The notes beneath the pieces were generated by a model. The model was given only the letters and a program-made list of their open reading frames with translations. It did not search any database and was not told the origin of the DNA. Made by a program: the position numbers and the translations under genes. Shown piece by piece: positions 26,952 through 36,527 of a DNA stretch of 64,000 nt. The stretch covers positions 8,122 to 72,121 of the forward strand of contig JAWKSY010000022.1 in assembly GCA_041402125.1 (NCBI GenBank). Direction: 5' to 3'. Every line of letters starts with the position of its first letter. Positions within the stretch are counted from its first letter, which is position 1. This stretch comes from Planctomycetota bacterium (lineage in GTDB: Bacteria > Planctomycetota > GCA-002687715 > DRQF01).

Positions 26952-29447
26952 TCGCGCGAGCCCGGGACGAGGTCGAAGGTCTTGCGCTCCGAGCCGCGGA
27001 GGACCGTGATCGTCGTCTTCACGCCGACCTTCAGCTTCTCGAGGGCCGCGGTGTACTCGTAGATGTCGGCGATCGCGTCGCCGCCGATGCCGACGATGAT
27101 GTCGCCGCCGCGCACGCCCGCCGTCCAGGCCGGCCCACCCTTGGCGACACCGTCCAGCGGCACACCGGGCACGTCGGCGCCGGCGTAGTCGGGGATCGTG
27201 CCGAGGTAGGGGCGGGCGCCTCCGGTCGTCTTCGGCTTCGACTCCTCGTGCATGATGAAGTCGGGCTCGTCGGCGTTCACGGCGAGCGAGCGCAGCATCA
27301 GGCCCATGAACTGGGTGATCTTCTCCATCTCGGCGAAGTCGAGCTTCTCGACGGTGTCGGTCGGACGGTGGTAGTCCTCGTGGGCGCCGGTGAAGGCGTT
27401 GAGGATCGGGACGCCGTTGAGGAAGAAGGGCGTGGTGTCGGTCGGCAGGTTGCAGTCCTGCACGATCGCCAGCGCGAAGGCCGACCGGTGCGTTGCGGCG
27501 CTCGATCTCACGCTCCCAGATCGAGCTCGATCCGACGCCCGAGATGATTACCTTCTGGTTGAAGCGTCCGATCATGTCCATGTTGAGGTAGGCGGCGACC
27601 TGTCCGGAGAGGTTCTCCGTGCCGGCCTTCTCCATCATCTGGCGGGCGAAGTGCTTCGAGCCGAAGAGGCCGAGCTCCTCGCCGGACCAGAGCGCGAAGA
27701 TCACGTCGCGCTTCAGCTTCAGGCGACCCGACTTCATCTGGTGGGCGAAGTATTCGGCGATCTCGAGGACGCCCGCGACGCCGGAGGCGTTGTCGTCGGC
27801 GCCGAGGTGGGGGAGGAGCTTGTCCTCGCCGCGGGCGTTGCTGTAGCGACCGCCCTCGTGTCCGAGGTGGTCGATGTGGGCGCCGATGATCACCGGCGGC
27901 TTGCCGCGACCCTCCTCGCCGGCCGGGAGCACGCCGATGACGTTGCGGCCGGTGATGGCGAGGTTCTCGCCGTCCATCGTGAGGCGGTTGGCGCGGAAGT
28001 TCTGGAAGTAGCCGCCGTCGTCACCGCCCGGGGGGATGTGCAGGGCCTTCAGGACGTCGGCCGCGTAGGCCGTCGCGAGGCGCTCGCCCTCGGTGCCCGT
28101 GAGTCGACCGTCGAGCTCCTTCGAGGCGAGGAAGACGACGTGCTTCGCGAGGTCGCCGGCCGCGACCTCGGGACCGGTCTTCTCCGAGACCTTCGGCATC
28201 GACGGCTCGTCGGCATGGGCCGCGGCCGGCGCGTCGGAGCGCTTCGGCGCCGCCCGGACGGCGGCCAGCGCGGCGGCGTGATCCCAGCGCGCGACGTAGA
28301 TCTGCGACTGCTTGTCGGCGCCGCGGTTCGAGGTCCAGGCGATCGTCTTGCCGTCGGGCGTGAAGGTCGGGAGGCCGTCGAAGCCCTCGACGTTGGTCAC
28401 GCGGACCGGCTCCTTCTCACCGGCCGCGTCGACGAGGTAGAGCTCGAAGTTGGCGAAGCCGTGGCGGTTCGTCGTGAAGATCAGGTACTCGCCGCTGGGG
28501 TGGAAGTAGGGCGCCCAGCTCATGGCCTTGATGTGCGTCAGGCGGCGCTGGTCGCTGCCGTCGACGTTCATCGTGTAGATCTCGGCCGTCAGGCCGTCCT
28601 CCGAGAAGCGGCGCCAGCAGACCTTCTTGCCGTCGGCGGAGAAGAAGGGGCCGCCGTCGTAGCCGCGGCTGAAGGTGAGGCGGCGGACGTCGCTGCCGTC
28701 CGCGCGCATCATGTAGATCTCCATGAAGAGCGCCTTGTCGAGCTCGAAGCGCTTGCGGTCCTCCTCGCTCATCGGCTCCAGGTAGGCGGAGCGGTTCGAG
28801 GCGAAGCAGATCCACTTCCCGTCGGGCGAGTAGCTGCCCTCGGCGTCGTAGCCGCGTGCATAGGTGAGGCGGCGATCCTTCCCCGTCTCACGATCGTGGG
28901 CGAAGAGGTCGAAGTTCTCGTCGTAGTCCCACTCGTAGCGGCGGGCCTTGCCGCTCGCGCGCAGCTCGAGCTCCTCCTTCTGGTGCTCGACGGAGCGCTC
29001 GTCCAGGTGGGTCGAGGCGTAGAGGACGTGGCGGTCGTCCGGGTGGACCCACGCGCAAGTCGTCTTGCCCTGGCCGGGCGAGATGCGCTCGAGGTCGCCC
29101 GTCTCCAGGTCCATCAGGAAGATCTGGTAGAAGGGATTCGCCGGGTCACGCTCGCTCTGGAAGACGATCTTCGTGCCGTCGTGGTTGTAGTAGCCCTCAC
29201 CGGCGCGGCGGCCGTCGAAGGTGAGCTGACGCACTCCCTCGGTGAAGCGCATCCCCGGTTCCATCTCGTCCTGAGCGCGCGCCCCGACGAGGGGCAGGCC
29301 GAGGACGAGCAGGGCGAGGGCGAGCGTGCGGCGCGCGCCGGGCGTCGAGAAGAAGGGCAGCATGCGTGGGTCTCCCGGGTTCCTTGATCCCCGGGGACGG
29401 GCAGCTCCCGGGCCCCCTATTCTCGGGGGAGCCGGGCTCCGTCTCAA
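26948..29447 (-). CDS. PD40/TolB-like beta-propeller + M28-family aminopeptidase + C-terminal PDZ domain, with an apparent frameshift near 27485-27495 (possible pseudogene or 1-nt sequence error)
   Basis: The N-terminal 650 aa (signal peptide, PD40 repeats, M28 core with HIDHLGHEGG and DDNASGVAGVLE) read in one frame. After ...SIWEREIERRNAPVGL the coding signal moves to another frame. There it continues through a typical M28 C-terminus (FTGAHEDYHRPTDT) and a PDZ domain (GVRGGDIIVGIGGDAIADIYEY), ending at 26948. Confidence 0.75.
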
Positions 29448-29487
29448 GTCGAGCCGCCGGGCCCCGTTCCGGCCCTTTCCGCCTGGA

Positions 29488-29564
29488 TGAATAAGAGGGG
29501 TCAGACCCCATTTATTCAGAAAGGGGGTGAAAGTGAATAAAGGGGGTCTGACCCCTTTTATTCA
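29488..29564. repeat. Two copies of the 31-bp palindromic element (TGAATAAGAGGGGTCAGACCCCATTTATTCA at 29488-29518; TGAATAAAGGGGGTCTGACCCCTTTTATTCA at 29534-29564) between two same-strand genes
   Basis: Read directly from the sequence. Copy C2 contains the stop codon of the upstream minus-strand gene (29562-29564). Copy C1 lies 41 nt upstream of the M28 start codon. Confidence 0.6.
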
Positions 29565-31346
29565 CTTTTCGGCGTCGGTGGTGCGGTCGAGGACTTCGCG
29601 GGCCTTGCGGAGGGCCGTCGTCTCGCGCTCGCCCCAGGGAATCGACAGCACGGACCCGCCGGGCTCCGCCACGAAGGGGTAAGGGCCGGCGTGGAGAGGC
29701 TGCCGGACGGGCCCGGTGAAGCGGAGGCGGTGGAGGAAAATCGAGGCGGACCAGCGCCCCGTCGAGGAGAGGATGATCTCGGACTCGCCTCCGGCCGGGA
29801 AGTCGATCTCGCGCCTCGAGCTCCGCCGATCCGACACGAGGACGATCCGGAGCGAATCGCCGGACTCGAGCGGTGGGGGGGCGCCGAGGGACCGGACACG
29901 GAGCGTGGGACCGGCGGACAGCGCGATCTCCGTATCGCCGGGCTGGACGTCGACCCATCGGTCCAGGCATCCGATCGCGGAGACGCGCATCCGGATCGTC
30001 TCGCGAGCGCTGGCGAATCGCACGTTCCCATCCGTCGTCGCGGCTTCGATCGGAGAGGTCGTCGTGGGACTCGGCTCCTCGATCGCGAACTCCTCAAGCC
30101 TGCGCCCCTCGCCGTCCGTGGCGGTCAGGGAGTAGACGCGAAGCGCCGTCGGAACCAGCCGGCCGAGATCGAGGGCGGACCCGGCCGAGATCGGGAAGGC
30201 GGACGTCGAACCCGCGACGAGGCGGTCTCGGGTGACCAGAAAGAAACGCCAGGTGCCGACATCGACGGGATGATCTTCGATGCGTCCGTCGGCAGGGAGA
30301 GGACGGAGCTTCCGATCCGGAGGGCGCCCGTCGGGCTCCTCCACGGAATCCGGAGACTCGAGTCCGAATCGCAGCTCGCCAGGCGGGAGGCCATCCGGCA
30401 AGACGACGGTGACGGTGATGCGGCCGCGGCGCGCGGCCACGATCTCGAGGTCGGAATCGCCGATCCGGAAGCTCGTCCACGTCGCGGCGTGGGCGTTGTC
30501 GTCGACCGCGATCTCGAGCGCGGTCGGGGCGCGGTCGCGCTCCTCCCGCGTGAGCCGCGGGTCGACCACGTGTCCCCGGATCACGAAGTTCCCGTTCTCG
30601 GGGACGAGGCGGCCCTGGAGCCACTCGCCGAGGATGGGGGGCGAACCGCCCGGCGTCGTCGGGTCCGGTCGGCGGAGCATCAGGCTCACCCCGCCCACCG
30701 GTTCGCCGCGCTCGTCGACGACGCGGCCCGAGGCGATGACGGGGCGGTAGGGCACGGTGGCGACGCCGAGGTCCCAGACGTCCGGACGCGGCTCGAGGCG
30801 CGTCGCGATGTCGCCGACGAAGGCGCAGCGCTCGACGAGGTCGGTCGGGCCCCGCGCCTCGACGAAGACCTCGCGGAGCGAGCTCACCTCGGCGTCGTCC
30901 GGCAGCAGGAACTCGGCGACGCCGTCGGCGTCCGTCGTCACGCCGAGGCGCAGCGCCGAGCCGAGGATCTCGAAAACGTAGGGCGAGCCCCCGCGATCGA
31001 AGCGGAGGTGGCCCCAGACCGAATGCTCGGCGAGCGGCAGGTCGCCCTCGTCCACGAGGCGCAGGCGGAGCCGCGAGCGGCGTCGCTCCGGTCGTGATCG
31101 GGACTCCGGAGAGGACTCCGCCGTCTCCTCCGTCGTCGGGGCGTCCGACCTCGCCTCGTCGGTGGTCCGGCGGCCCTCGAGGTCCTCGAGCCGGGAACGG
31201 CGCGCGCCCGCATCCCGCCCCGCGCTCCCCTTCGCGCTCGCGTCGTCGAACCTGACGTCGGCGCCCCCGCCGCCGAAGAGGGCGACGAGGAACCAGACGA
31301 GCGCGCCGAGAGCGAGCAGGGTGGTGGCGGCGACGAGCGGCTTCAT
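29562..31346 (-). CDS. Hypothetical membrane-anchored or secreted protein (594 aa) with low-complexity linker and carboxypeptidase-regulatory-like beta-sandwich segments
   Basis: The N-terminal TM/signal segment is MKPLVAATTLLALGALVWFLVALFG. GC3 bias is strong throughout. No recognisable catalytic motif was found. Confidence 0.55.
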   Translation of the reverse strand: MKPLVAATTLLALGALVWFLVALFGGGGADVRFDDASAKGSAGRDAGARRSRLEDLEGRRTTDEARSDAPTTEETAESSPESRSRPERRRSRLRLRLVDEGDLPLAEHSVWGHLRFDRGGSPYVFEILGSALRLGVTTDADGVAEFLLPDDAEVSSLREVFVEARGPTDLVERCAFVGDIATRLEPRPDVWDLGVATVPYRPVIASGRVVDERGEPVGGVSLMLRRPDPTTPGGSPPILGEWLQGRLVPENGNFVIRGHVVDPRLTREERDRAPTALEIAVDDNAHAATWTSFRIGDSDLEIVAARRGRITVTVVLPDGLPPGELRFGLESPDSVEEPDGRPPDRKLRPLPADGRIEDHPVDVGTWRFFLVTRDRLVAGSTSAFPISAGSALDLGRLVPTALRVYSLTATDGEGRRLEEFAIEEPSPTTTSPIEAATTDGNVRFASARETIRMRVSAIGCLDRWVDVQPGDTEIALSAGPTLRVRSLGAPPPLESGDSLRIVLVSDRRSSRREIDFPAGGESEIILSSTGRWSASIFLHRLRFTGPVRQPLHAGPYPFVAEPGGSVLSIPWGERETTALRKAREVLDRTTDAEK

Positions 31347-31355
31347 GCGCCCATC

Positions 31356-32333
31356 CTACCGATCCGCGCCTCCGATCGCGGTTTCGAAGAGGTCGCACTC
31401 GAGGATCGGGTCCTCGACCAGCTCTTCGGGCTCGGGTTCTTCCTCTTCCGGTTCCTCTTCCGGTTCCTCGTCCCCGTAGAGGTCCTCCTCGATGGGGCCG
31501 CAGTGCAGCATTCCGACCTCGGGGGGGCCGATCGCGTCCGCGATTTCCTGTTCGTGGAACCGCTGGCGAGCGGCGGCCAGGACCTCGTCCTCCGCCGGGC
31601 CCCAGTCGAGCCCGAGGACGTCCTCCGTGCCGCCGTTCCCGCGGTAGGGAATGCGGTGCAGGACCTCGCGGAATCGTTGCCGCGACTCGAGGACGAGCTC
31701 GATGGTGAAGGACCCCGCGAAACGATGGAAGGCGAGGAGGTCCTCGGACCAGGTCAGATCGTCGGAGCGCCAGCACTCGTCTCCGTTCGCATCGAGGGCG
31801 CGCAGGTGGAGCCGTTCCGACGAATGCAGGCGCGGGCCGAGGCCGACGGACCAGACGGTCAGCGTGGGGGCCCGGACCAACCGCACGTGCACGAGGCGTT
31901 TGTCCGAGCGGACGGGCTGATCGAGGAATCCCTCGGCGCAGATGCGACCGACGACCGGTCCGGTCGGGACGTAGTAGCGCGTATATTCGAGGAAGCGGAC
32001 GCGCCGCAGCGGCACGTCGTTCGTGCGGGTGTCCAGCACGAGGTCGCAATCGGTCACGGGCCGACCGTGAGGGTCCGTCGCGAGGACCTCGAAGATGCGC
32101 ATGGGCGGGGACGCCGTACGATCGGAACCGATGACCGGGGCGCGACGGCGCGGCGCGAGGGGAACGAGGCGGCGCGTCTCGCGCACCCTCGTCCGCTCCG
32201 GTCCGGCGCCGACCTCCCCGGAGGAGAGATCCTCGCTCCACGGCGACAGCCGATCGACGTCCTCGCCCGGACGCCCGAGCGCGATCGCGATCCCGCCGAG
32301 CGTGAAGGTCACCAGGGCGACGAGCATCCGCAT
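31356..32333 (-). CDS. Hypothetical secreted protein (325 aa) with acidic Glu/Pro-rich C-terminal tail
   Basis: The ATG at 32333 is preceded by GGAGGA. The signal-like N-terminus is MRMLVALVTFTLGGIAIALG, and GC3 bias is strong. It ends 10 nt before the start of the downstream gene. The C-terminus reads EEPEEEPEEEEPEPEE. Confidence 0.55.
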   Translation of the reverse strand: MRMLVALVTFTLGGIAIALGRPGEDVDRLSPWSEDLSSGEVGAGPERTRVRETRRLVPLAPRRRAPVIGSDRTASPPMRIFEVLATDPHGRPVTDCDLVLDTRTNDVPLRRVRFLEYTRYYVPTGPVVGRICAEGFLDQPVRSDKRLVHVRLVRAPTLTVWSVGLGPRLHSSERLHLRALDANGDECWRSDDLTWSEDLLAFHRFAGSFTIELVLESRQRFREVLHRIPYRGNGGTEDVLGLDWGPAEDEVLAAARQRFHEQEIADAIGPPEVGMLHCGPIEEDLYGDEEPEEEPEEEEPEPEELVEDPILECDLFETAIGGADR

Positions 32334-32509
32334 GGGCGTGTCCTCCGTCTTCCCGTTCCGGGCTCCGAGGGCGCGGGAGAAAGGAGGGAGCACCGCTCCT
32401 TCCCGTTCCGTCCTCTGGGCGGGGCGCCGCCCACGTTTTTCGCGAACCTCGGGCGCGGGGCGCCGAATGAGAGGCGTCCCGATGGCCCCGGAACGACGGA
32501 GGGAGGCAG

Positions 32510-32929
32510 ATGTTCGGATTCGGCCGGAAAGAACGCGACCTGGCGGAGCACGCCTACCGGGAGACGGCCGAGCACGTCGGCCCCGCGGAGGTCGACGAGG
32601 CGGGAGCCGGAGCGGCGGAGAAGGTCGAGCGGCTCGGGCGCGCCCCGGGCCCGCTCGCGGCGGTGTGGGAGGACATCAAGACGATGATCCGCATGCTGCG
32701 CGACTACGCCGCCGGCCGGCACCGCGACCTGCCCTGGTCCACCGTGGCCTCGGTGGCGGCGGCGCTGCTCTACTTCGTCTCGCCGATCGACGTCATCCCC
32801 GATCTCATCCCCGGGCTCGGCTTCGCCGACGACGCGGCGGTGATCGGCATGTGCCTCAAGGCGGTTCGCACGGATCTCGAGGCCTATCGCCGCGCCACCG
32901 CGGGACCGAAGGTCATCACCGTCGGCTGA
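32510..32929 (+). CDS. DUF1232 (YkvA-like) membrane protein
   Basis: The product reads WSTVASVAAALLYFVSPIDVIPDLIPGLGFADDAAVIGMCL. Confidence 0.7.
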   Translation: MFGFGRKERDLAEHAYRETAEHVGPAEVDEAGAGAAEKVERLGRAPGPLAAVWEDIKTMIRMLRDYAAGRHRDLPWSTVASVAAALLYFVSPIDVIPDLIPGLGFADDAAVIGMCLKAVRTDLEAYRRATAGPKVITVG

Positions 32930-33013
32930 CGAACCGTTCGCGGTCCGTAACGAAGGAGGGGCTCCGTCGCCGACGGAGCCCCTCCTGCGTCACGGCCGGT
33001 CGATCCTCTCCGA

Positions 33014-34057
33014 TCAGAGGCCGGAGATCGCGATGACCGAGCCCTCGGTGGAATCGAACTTCGCGCCGAGCTGCGCGACGTAGAGTCGCTCATCCGGGCC
33101 GAAGCAGCAGGCGACCGGGCCGCGGAGCTTCGTGGCGAGGACCTTCACGTCGGCGGCCTCGCCGTCACCCAGGGTGACGCGCGCGAGGCGCCCCGACTTC
33201 ACCTCGGTGAGCGCCCAGTTGTTGTCGACGACGGCGAGCGCCTTCGAGCCGGGGAAGAAGGCCATGCCCATCGGATCGGTGAGCCCCGGCAGGGTCCAGG
33301 TCTTGACCGGCTTGCGGCTGGCGATGTTCCAGCGCGCGATGAGTCCGTCGTCCTTGCCGCCCGCGCCGGAGTAGAGCACGAGCAGGTGCTGATCGTCCTC
33401 GGCGAGGATCTGCATCGGCGAGTTGATCGCGATGCCCTCGTCGTCGGAGCTGGCCCAGGGCTCGAGCGTGCGACGGTCGACGTCGCAGCGGAGGATCCAG
33501 GTCTTCGCGTCGGTGCCCTGGCCGCAGGCCCAGACGACGCCGCCCTTGCCCAGCGCGAAGCCGGTCGGGTTGCCCTCGCCGAGGTCGCCCTCGGCGCCGG
33601 TCGTCGAGGCGACCCCGTTCGTGTACTTCCCCTGGTCAGCGGCGCCGGAGCCGTCGAAGACGCCGAGGCGGTCCTCGCCGTCCTTCTTGCCCGAATCCGA
33701 CACGACCAGCTGGCCGTTCGGCATCCAGATCGCGTTCAGCGGGCCGAGCTTGAACCGCTCGTCGCCGGTCTTGGCGTCGATCTTCCAGTACTCGGTGTCG
33801 AAGCCGGTCAGCCAGTCCTTCGGCTTGCCGTTCTCCACGACGAGCACGCGGCCGTGGCCCGAATCGCAGACCGTGAGCCGACCCTTCGCGTCGAAGGTGA
33901 CGCCGCTCGGGTTCATGAGACCGTCGACGACGATCTCCGCCTGCGGGCCCTCGGCGGCGAAGCCGAGATCGACGGCGGGGGACTTCTCGTCCGCCTCCGG
34001 GCCGGAACAGGCGAGGGCGATCAGGGCGAGGGGCAACAGGAGGGCGGGGGACTTCAT
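33014..34057 (-). CDS. Lipoprotein with NHL / SMP-30-like beta-propeller repeats
   Basis: The lipobox is LIALACSG. Repeated G.V.D..G / DSG motifs follow, for example LTVCDSGHGRVLVV and LVVSDSGKKDGEDRLGVF. Confidence 0.7.
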   Translation of the reverse strand: MKSPALLLPLALIALACSGPEADEKSPAVDLGFAAEGPQAEIVVDGLMNPSGVTFDAKGRLTVCDSGHGRVLVVENGKPKDWLTGFDTEYWKIDAKTGDERFKLGPLNAIWMPNGQLVVSDSGKKDGEDRLGVFDGSGAADQGKYTNGVASTTGAEGDLGEGNPTGFALGKGGVVWACGQGTDAKTWILRCDVDRRTLEPWASSDDEGIAINSPMQILAEDDQHLLVLYSGAGGKDDGLIARWNIASRKPVKTWTLPGLTDPMGMAFFPGSKALAVVDNNWALTEVKSGRLARVTLGDGEAADVKVLATKLRGPVACCFGPDERLYVAQLGAKFDSTEGSVIAISGL

Positions 34058-34151
34058 CGACGTTCTCTCCAGCGGGGCCGTCGCGACGGCGCGGTCAGGG
34101 ACGGGGATTGTGTCACCCCCGCGCGACGCGCGCCACTCGGTCCCCGCGGGA

Positions 34152-34952
34152 TCAGTCGAGGGTGTAGGGCGGCCGGTGCAGGCCCCGCGGCGACAGCGTG
34201 AAGATCTCGCAGCCGTCGTCGGTGACGCCGATCGAGTGCTCGAACTGGGCCGAGAGCTTCCCGTCGATCGTGATCGCCGTCCAGTTGTCGGCGAGGACCC
34301 GCGTCTTGTGCCGGCCGAGATTGATCATCGGCTCGATCGTGAAGAACATCCCCTTCGCCAGGACCTGGCCGTGCCCCGCGCGGCCGTAGTGCTCGATCTG
34401 CGGCGCGGCGTGGAAGGTCCGGCCGAGGCCGTGGCCGCAGAACTCGGTGACGACGGAGTAGCCGCGACCCTCGGCGATGGTCTGGATGGCGTGGCCGATG
34501 TCGCCCGTCGTCGCGCCGGGGCGCACGACCTCGATGCCGGCCATCATGCACTCGTAGGTCGTGTCGACGAGCGCGCGCGCCTCCTCGCTCACCTCTCCGA
34601 CGTAGTACATGCGGCTCGTGTCGCCGTACCAGCCGTCGACGATCGGGGTGACGTCGATGTTGATGATGTCGCCGTCGCGGAGGATGTCCTTCTTCGACGG
34701 GATGCCGTGGCAGACGACGTGGTTGATCGAGGTGCAGATCGACTTGGGGAAGCCGTGGTAGCCGAGCGGCGCCGGCACCGCGTCGCGCTCGACGATCCAC
34801 TCGTGGCAGAGCCGGTCGAGGTACTCGGTGTGGGTGCCGGGCTTGACGAAGGGCGTGATCCAGTCGAGCAGTTCGGCCGCCATGCGCCCGGCGGCGCGCA
34901 TGCCCTCGAACTCGGCCTCGTTGTGGATGACGATGCGTTCCTTCGCTCTCAC
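34152..34952 (-). CDS. map: Methionine aminopeptidase type I
   Basis: The core reads ICTSINHVVCHGIPS ... DIINIDVTPIVDGWYGDTSRMYYVG ... SVVTEFCGHGLGRTFHAAP ... FTIEPMIN. The GTG start at 34952 has an AGGAG RBS. The longer 706-aa track ORF is an antisense artefact of cysS. Confidence 0.9.
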   Translation of the reverse strand: MRAKERIVIHNEAEFEGMRAAGRMAAELLDWITPFVKPGTHTEYLDRLCHEWIVERDAVPAPLGYHGFPKSICTSINHVVCHGIPSKKDILRDGDIINIDVTPIVDGWYGDTSRMYYVGEVSEEARALVDTTYECMMAGIEVVRPGATTGDIGHAIQTIAEGRGYSVVTEFCGHGLGRTFHAAPQIEHYGRAGHGQVLAKGMFFTIEPMINLGRHKTRVLADNWTAITIDGKLSAQFEHSIGVTDDGCEIFTLSPRGLHRPPYTLD

Positions 34953-35033
34953 GCTCGCGGGCTCCTCGTCGGGTGCGTCGGACCGGGATATACTCGCCGG
35001 CGTCCCCGGGGGAACAAGTCGCCGACGGAGGGA

Positions 35034-36521
35034 ATGATGGCCGCCCCGTTTCGCCTCTATAGCACCTTGAGCCGCTCGACCGAGGCCTTTCAGCCGATAA
35101 CCCCGGGGAAAGTCTCGATTTATGCCTGCGGCATGACCCTGAACGGGAACGTCCACGTCGGTCACGCCCGCGCCTTCGCGGTCTTCGACGCCTTCGTGCG
35201 CTACCTGCGGCACCGCGGCTGGGACGTCACCTACGTCCGGAACTTCACCGACGTCGACGACAAGATCATCCTGCGGGCGAACGAGCTCGGCGAGGATCCG
35301 GCGGTGACGGCCGAGCGCTACATCGCCGACTTCCACCGCGACACCCACGCCCTGGGGCTGGCCGATCCCGATCGCGAGCCGCGCGTCACCGAGTCGATCC
35401 CCGAGATCATCGCGATGATCGCGACCCTCGTCGAGAAGGGGCACGCCTACCCGAGCGAGGGCTCGGTCTGGTTCGACGTCACCAGCCACCCGAGCTACGG
35501 CAAGCTCTCGGGCCAGAAGGTGGCCGAGCTCCGCAGCGCCGACGAGCAGGCCGGCAAGCGCCACGCGGCCGACTTCGCGCTCTGGAAGGCGGTCAAGCCT
35601 GGGGAGCCCTCCTGGGAGAGTCCCTGGGGATCCGGCCGGCCGGGCTGGCACATCGAGTGCTCGGCGATGGTCAAGGCGACGGTCGGCCCGACGGTGGACA
35701 TCCACGCCGGCGGACTCGATCTCGTCTTCCCGCACCACGAGAACGAGGTCGCGCAGTCCGAGTGCGCCAACGGCACGCACTACGCGCGCTACTGGATGCA
35801 CAACGGTCTCCTGACGATGTCCGGCGGCCAGAAGATGGGGAAGAGCCTCGGCAACGTCATCAACCTGAAGGAGCTGCTTGAGCAGTTCCCCGCCGAGGCG
35901 ATGCGCACCTACTACCTCCAGAACCACTACCGCTCGCCGCTGCCCTGGAGTCCCCAGGCGCTGCCCGACGCGCTCGGCATGCTCGCCCGCCTCTACGACG
36001 CGCGCGAGAAGGCCGAGGCGATGGGCGGGAGCGAGGACGCGGAGCGCGTGGCGAAGGACCTCGGCGAGGACGCGCAGCGCGTCCTCGATCTCTCGGCCGG
36101 ATTCGCCGATCGCTTCCACGCCGCGCTCGACGAGGACTTCAGCTCGCCGCAGGCCCTCGGCCTCGTCTTCGAGCTCGCCCGCGCCGTCAACCGATTCGCC
36201 AACCACAAGAAGGCGAAGGCGCGGGGCGGTCCGGTCGTGGCGCCGGCGCTGGCGGCCTTCGAACTCGTTCACCGCGCGACGGGACTGCTCGGCATGGACA
36301 CCGCCTCCTTCCAGGAGGAGGTCAAGGAGAAGCGCCTCGCCGCGCTCGGTCTCACGCGGGCCGACGTCGAGGCGCGGCTCGCCGATCGCGGCGCGGCGCG
36401 CGAGGCGAAGGACTGGGCGCGTTCCGACGCGATCCGCGACGAGCTGATCGCGGCGGGGATCACGGTCATGGACGGCGCCGAGGGCGTCGAGTGGCGCGTC
36501 AGCGTCGCCGCGGACGACTGA
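35034..36521 (+). CDS. cysS: Cysteine--tRNA ligase
   Basis: The class-I motifs are MYACGMTLNGNVHVGHARA (HIGH) and KMGKSLGN (KMSKS). The Cys-binding region is intact. It is transcribed divergently from map. Confidence 0.9.
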   Translation: MMAAPFRLYSTLSRSTEAFQPITPGKVSIYACGMTLNGNVHVGHARAFAVFDAFVRYLRHRGWDVTYVRNFTDVDDKIILRANELGEDPAVTAERYIADFHRDTHALGLADPDREPRVTESIPEIIAMIATLVEKGHAYPSEGSVWFDVTSHPSYGKLSGQKVAELRSADEQAGKRHAADFALWKAVKPGEPSWESPWGSGRPGWHIECSAMVKATVGPTVDIHAGGLDLVFPHHENEVAQSECANGTHYARYWMHNGLLTMSGGQKMGKSLGNVINLKELLEQFPAEAMRTYYLQNHYRSPLPWSPQALPDALGMLARLYDAREKAEAMGGSEDAERVAKDLGEDAQRVLDLSAGFADRFHAALDEDFSSPQALGLVFELARAVNRFANHKKAKARGGPVVAPALAAFELVHRATGLLGMDTASFQEEVKEKRLAALGLTRADVEARLADRGAAREAKDWARSDAIRDELIAAGITVMDGAEGVEWRVSVAADD

Positions 36522-36527
36522 TCCGGC

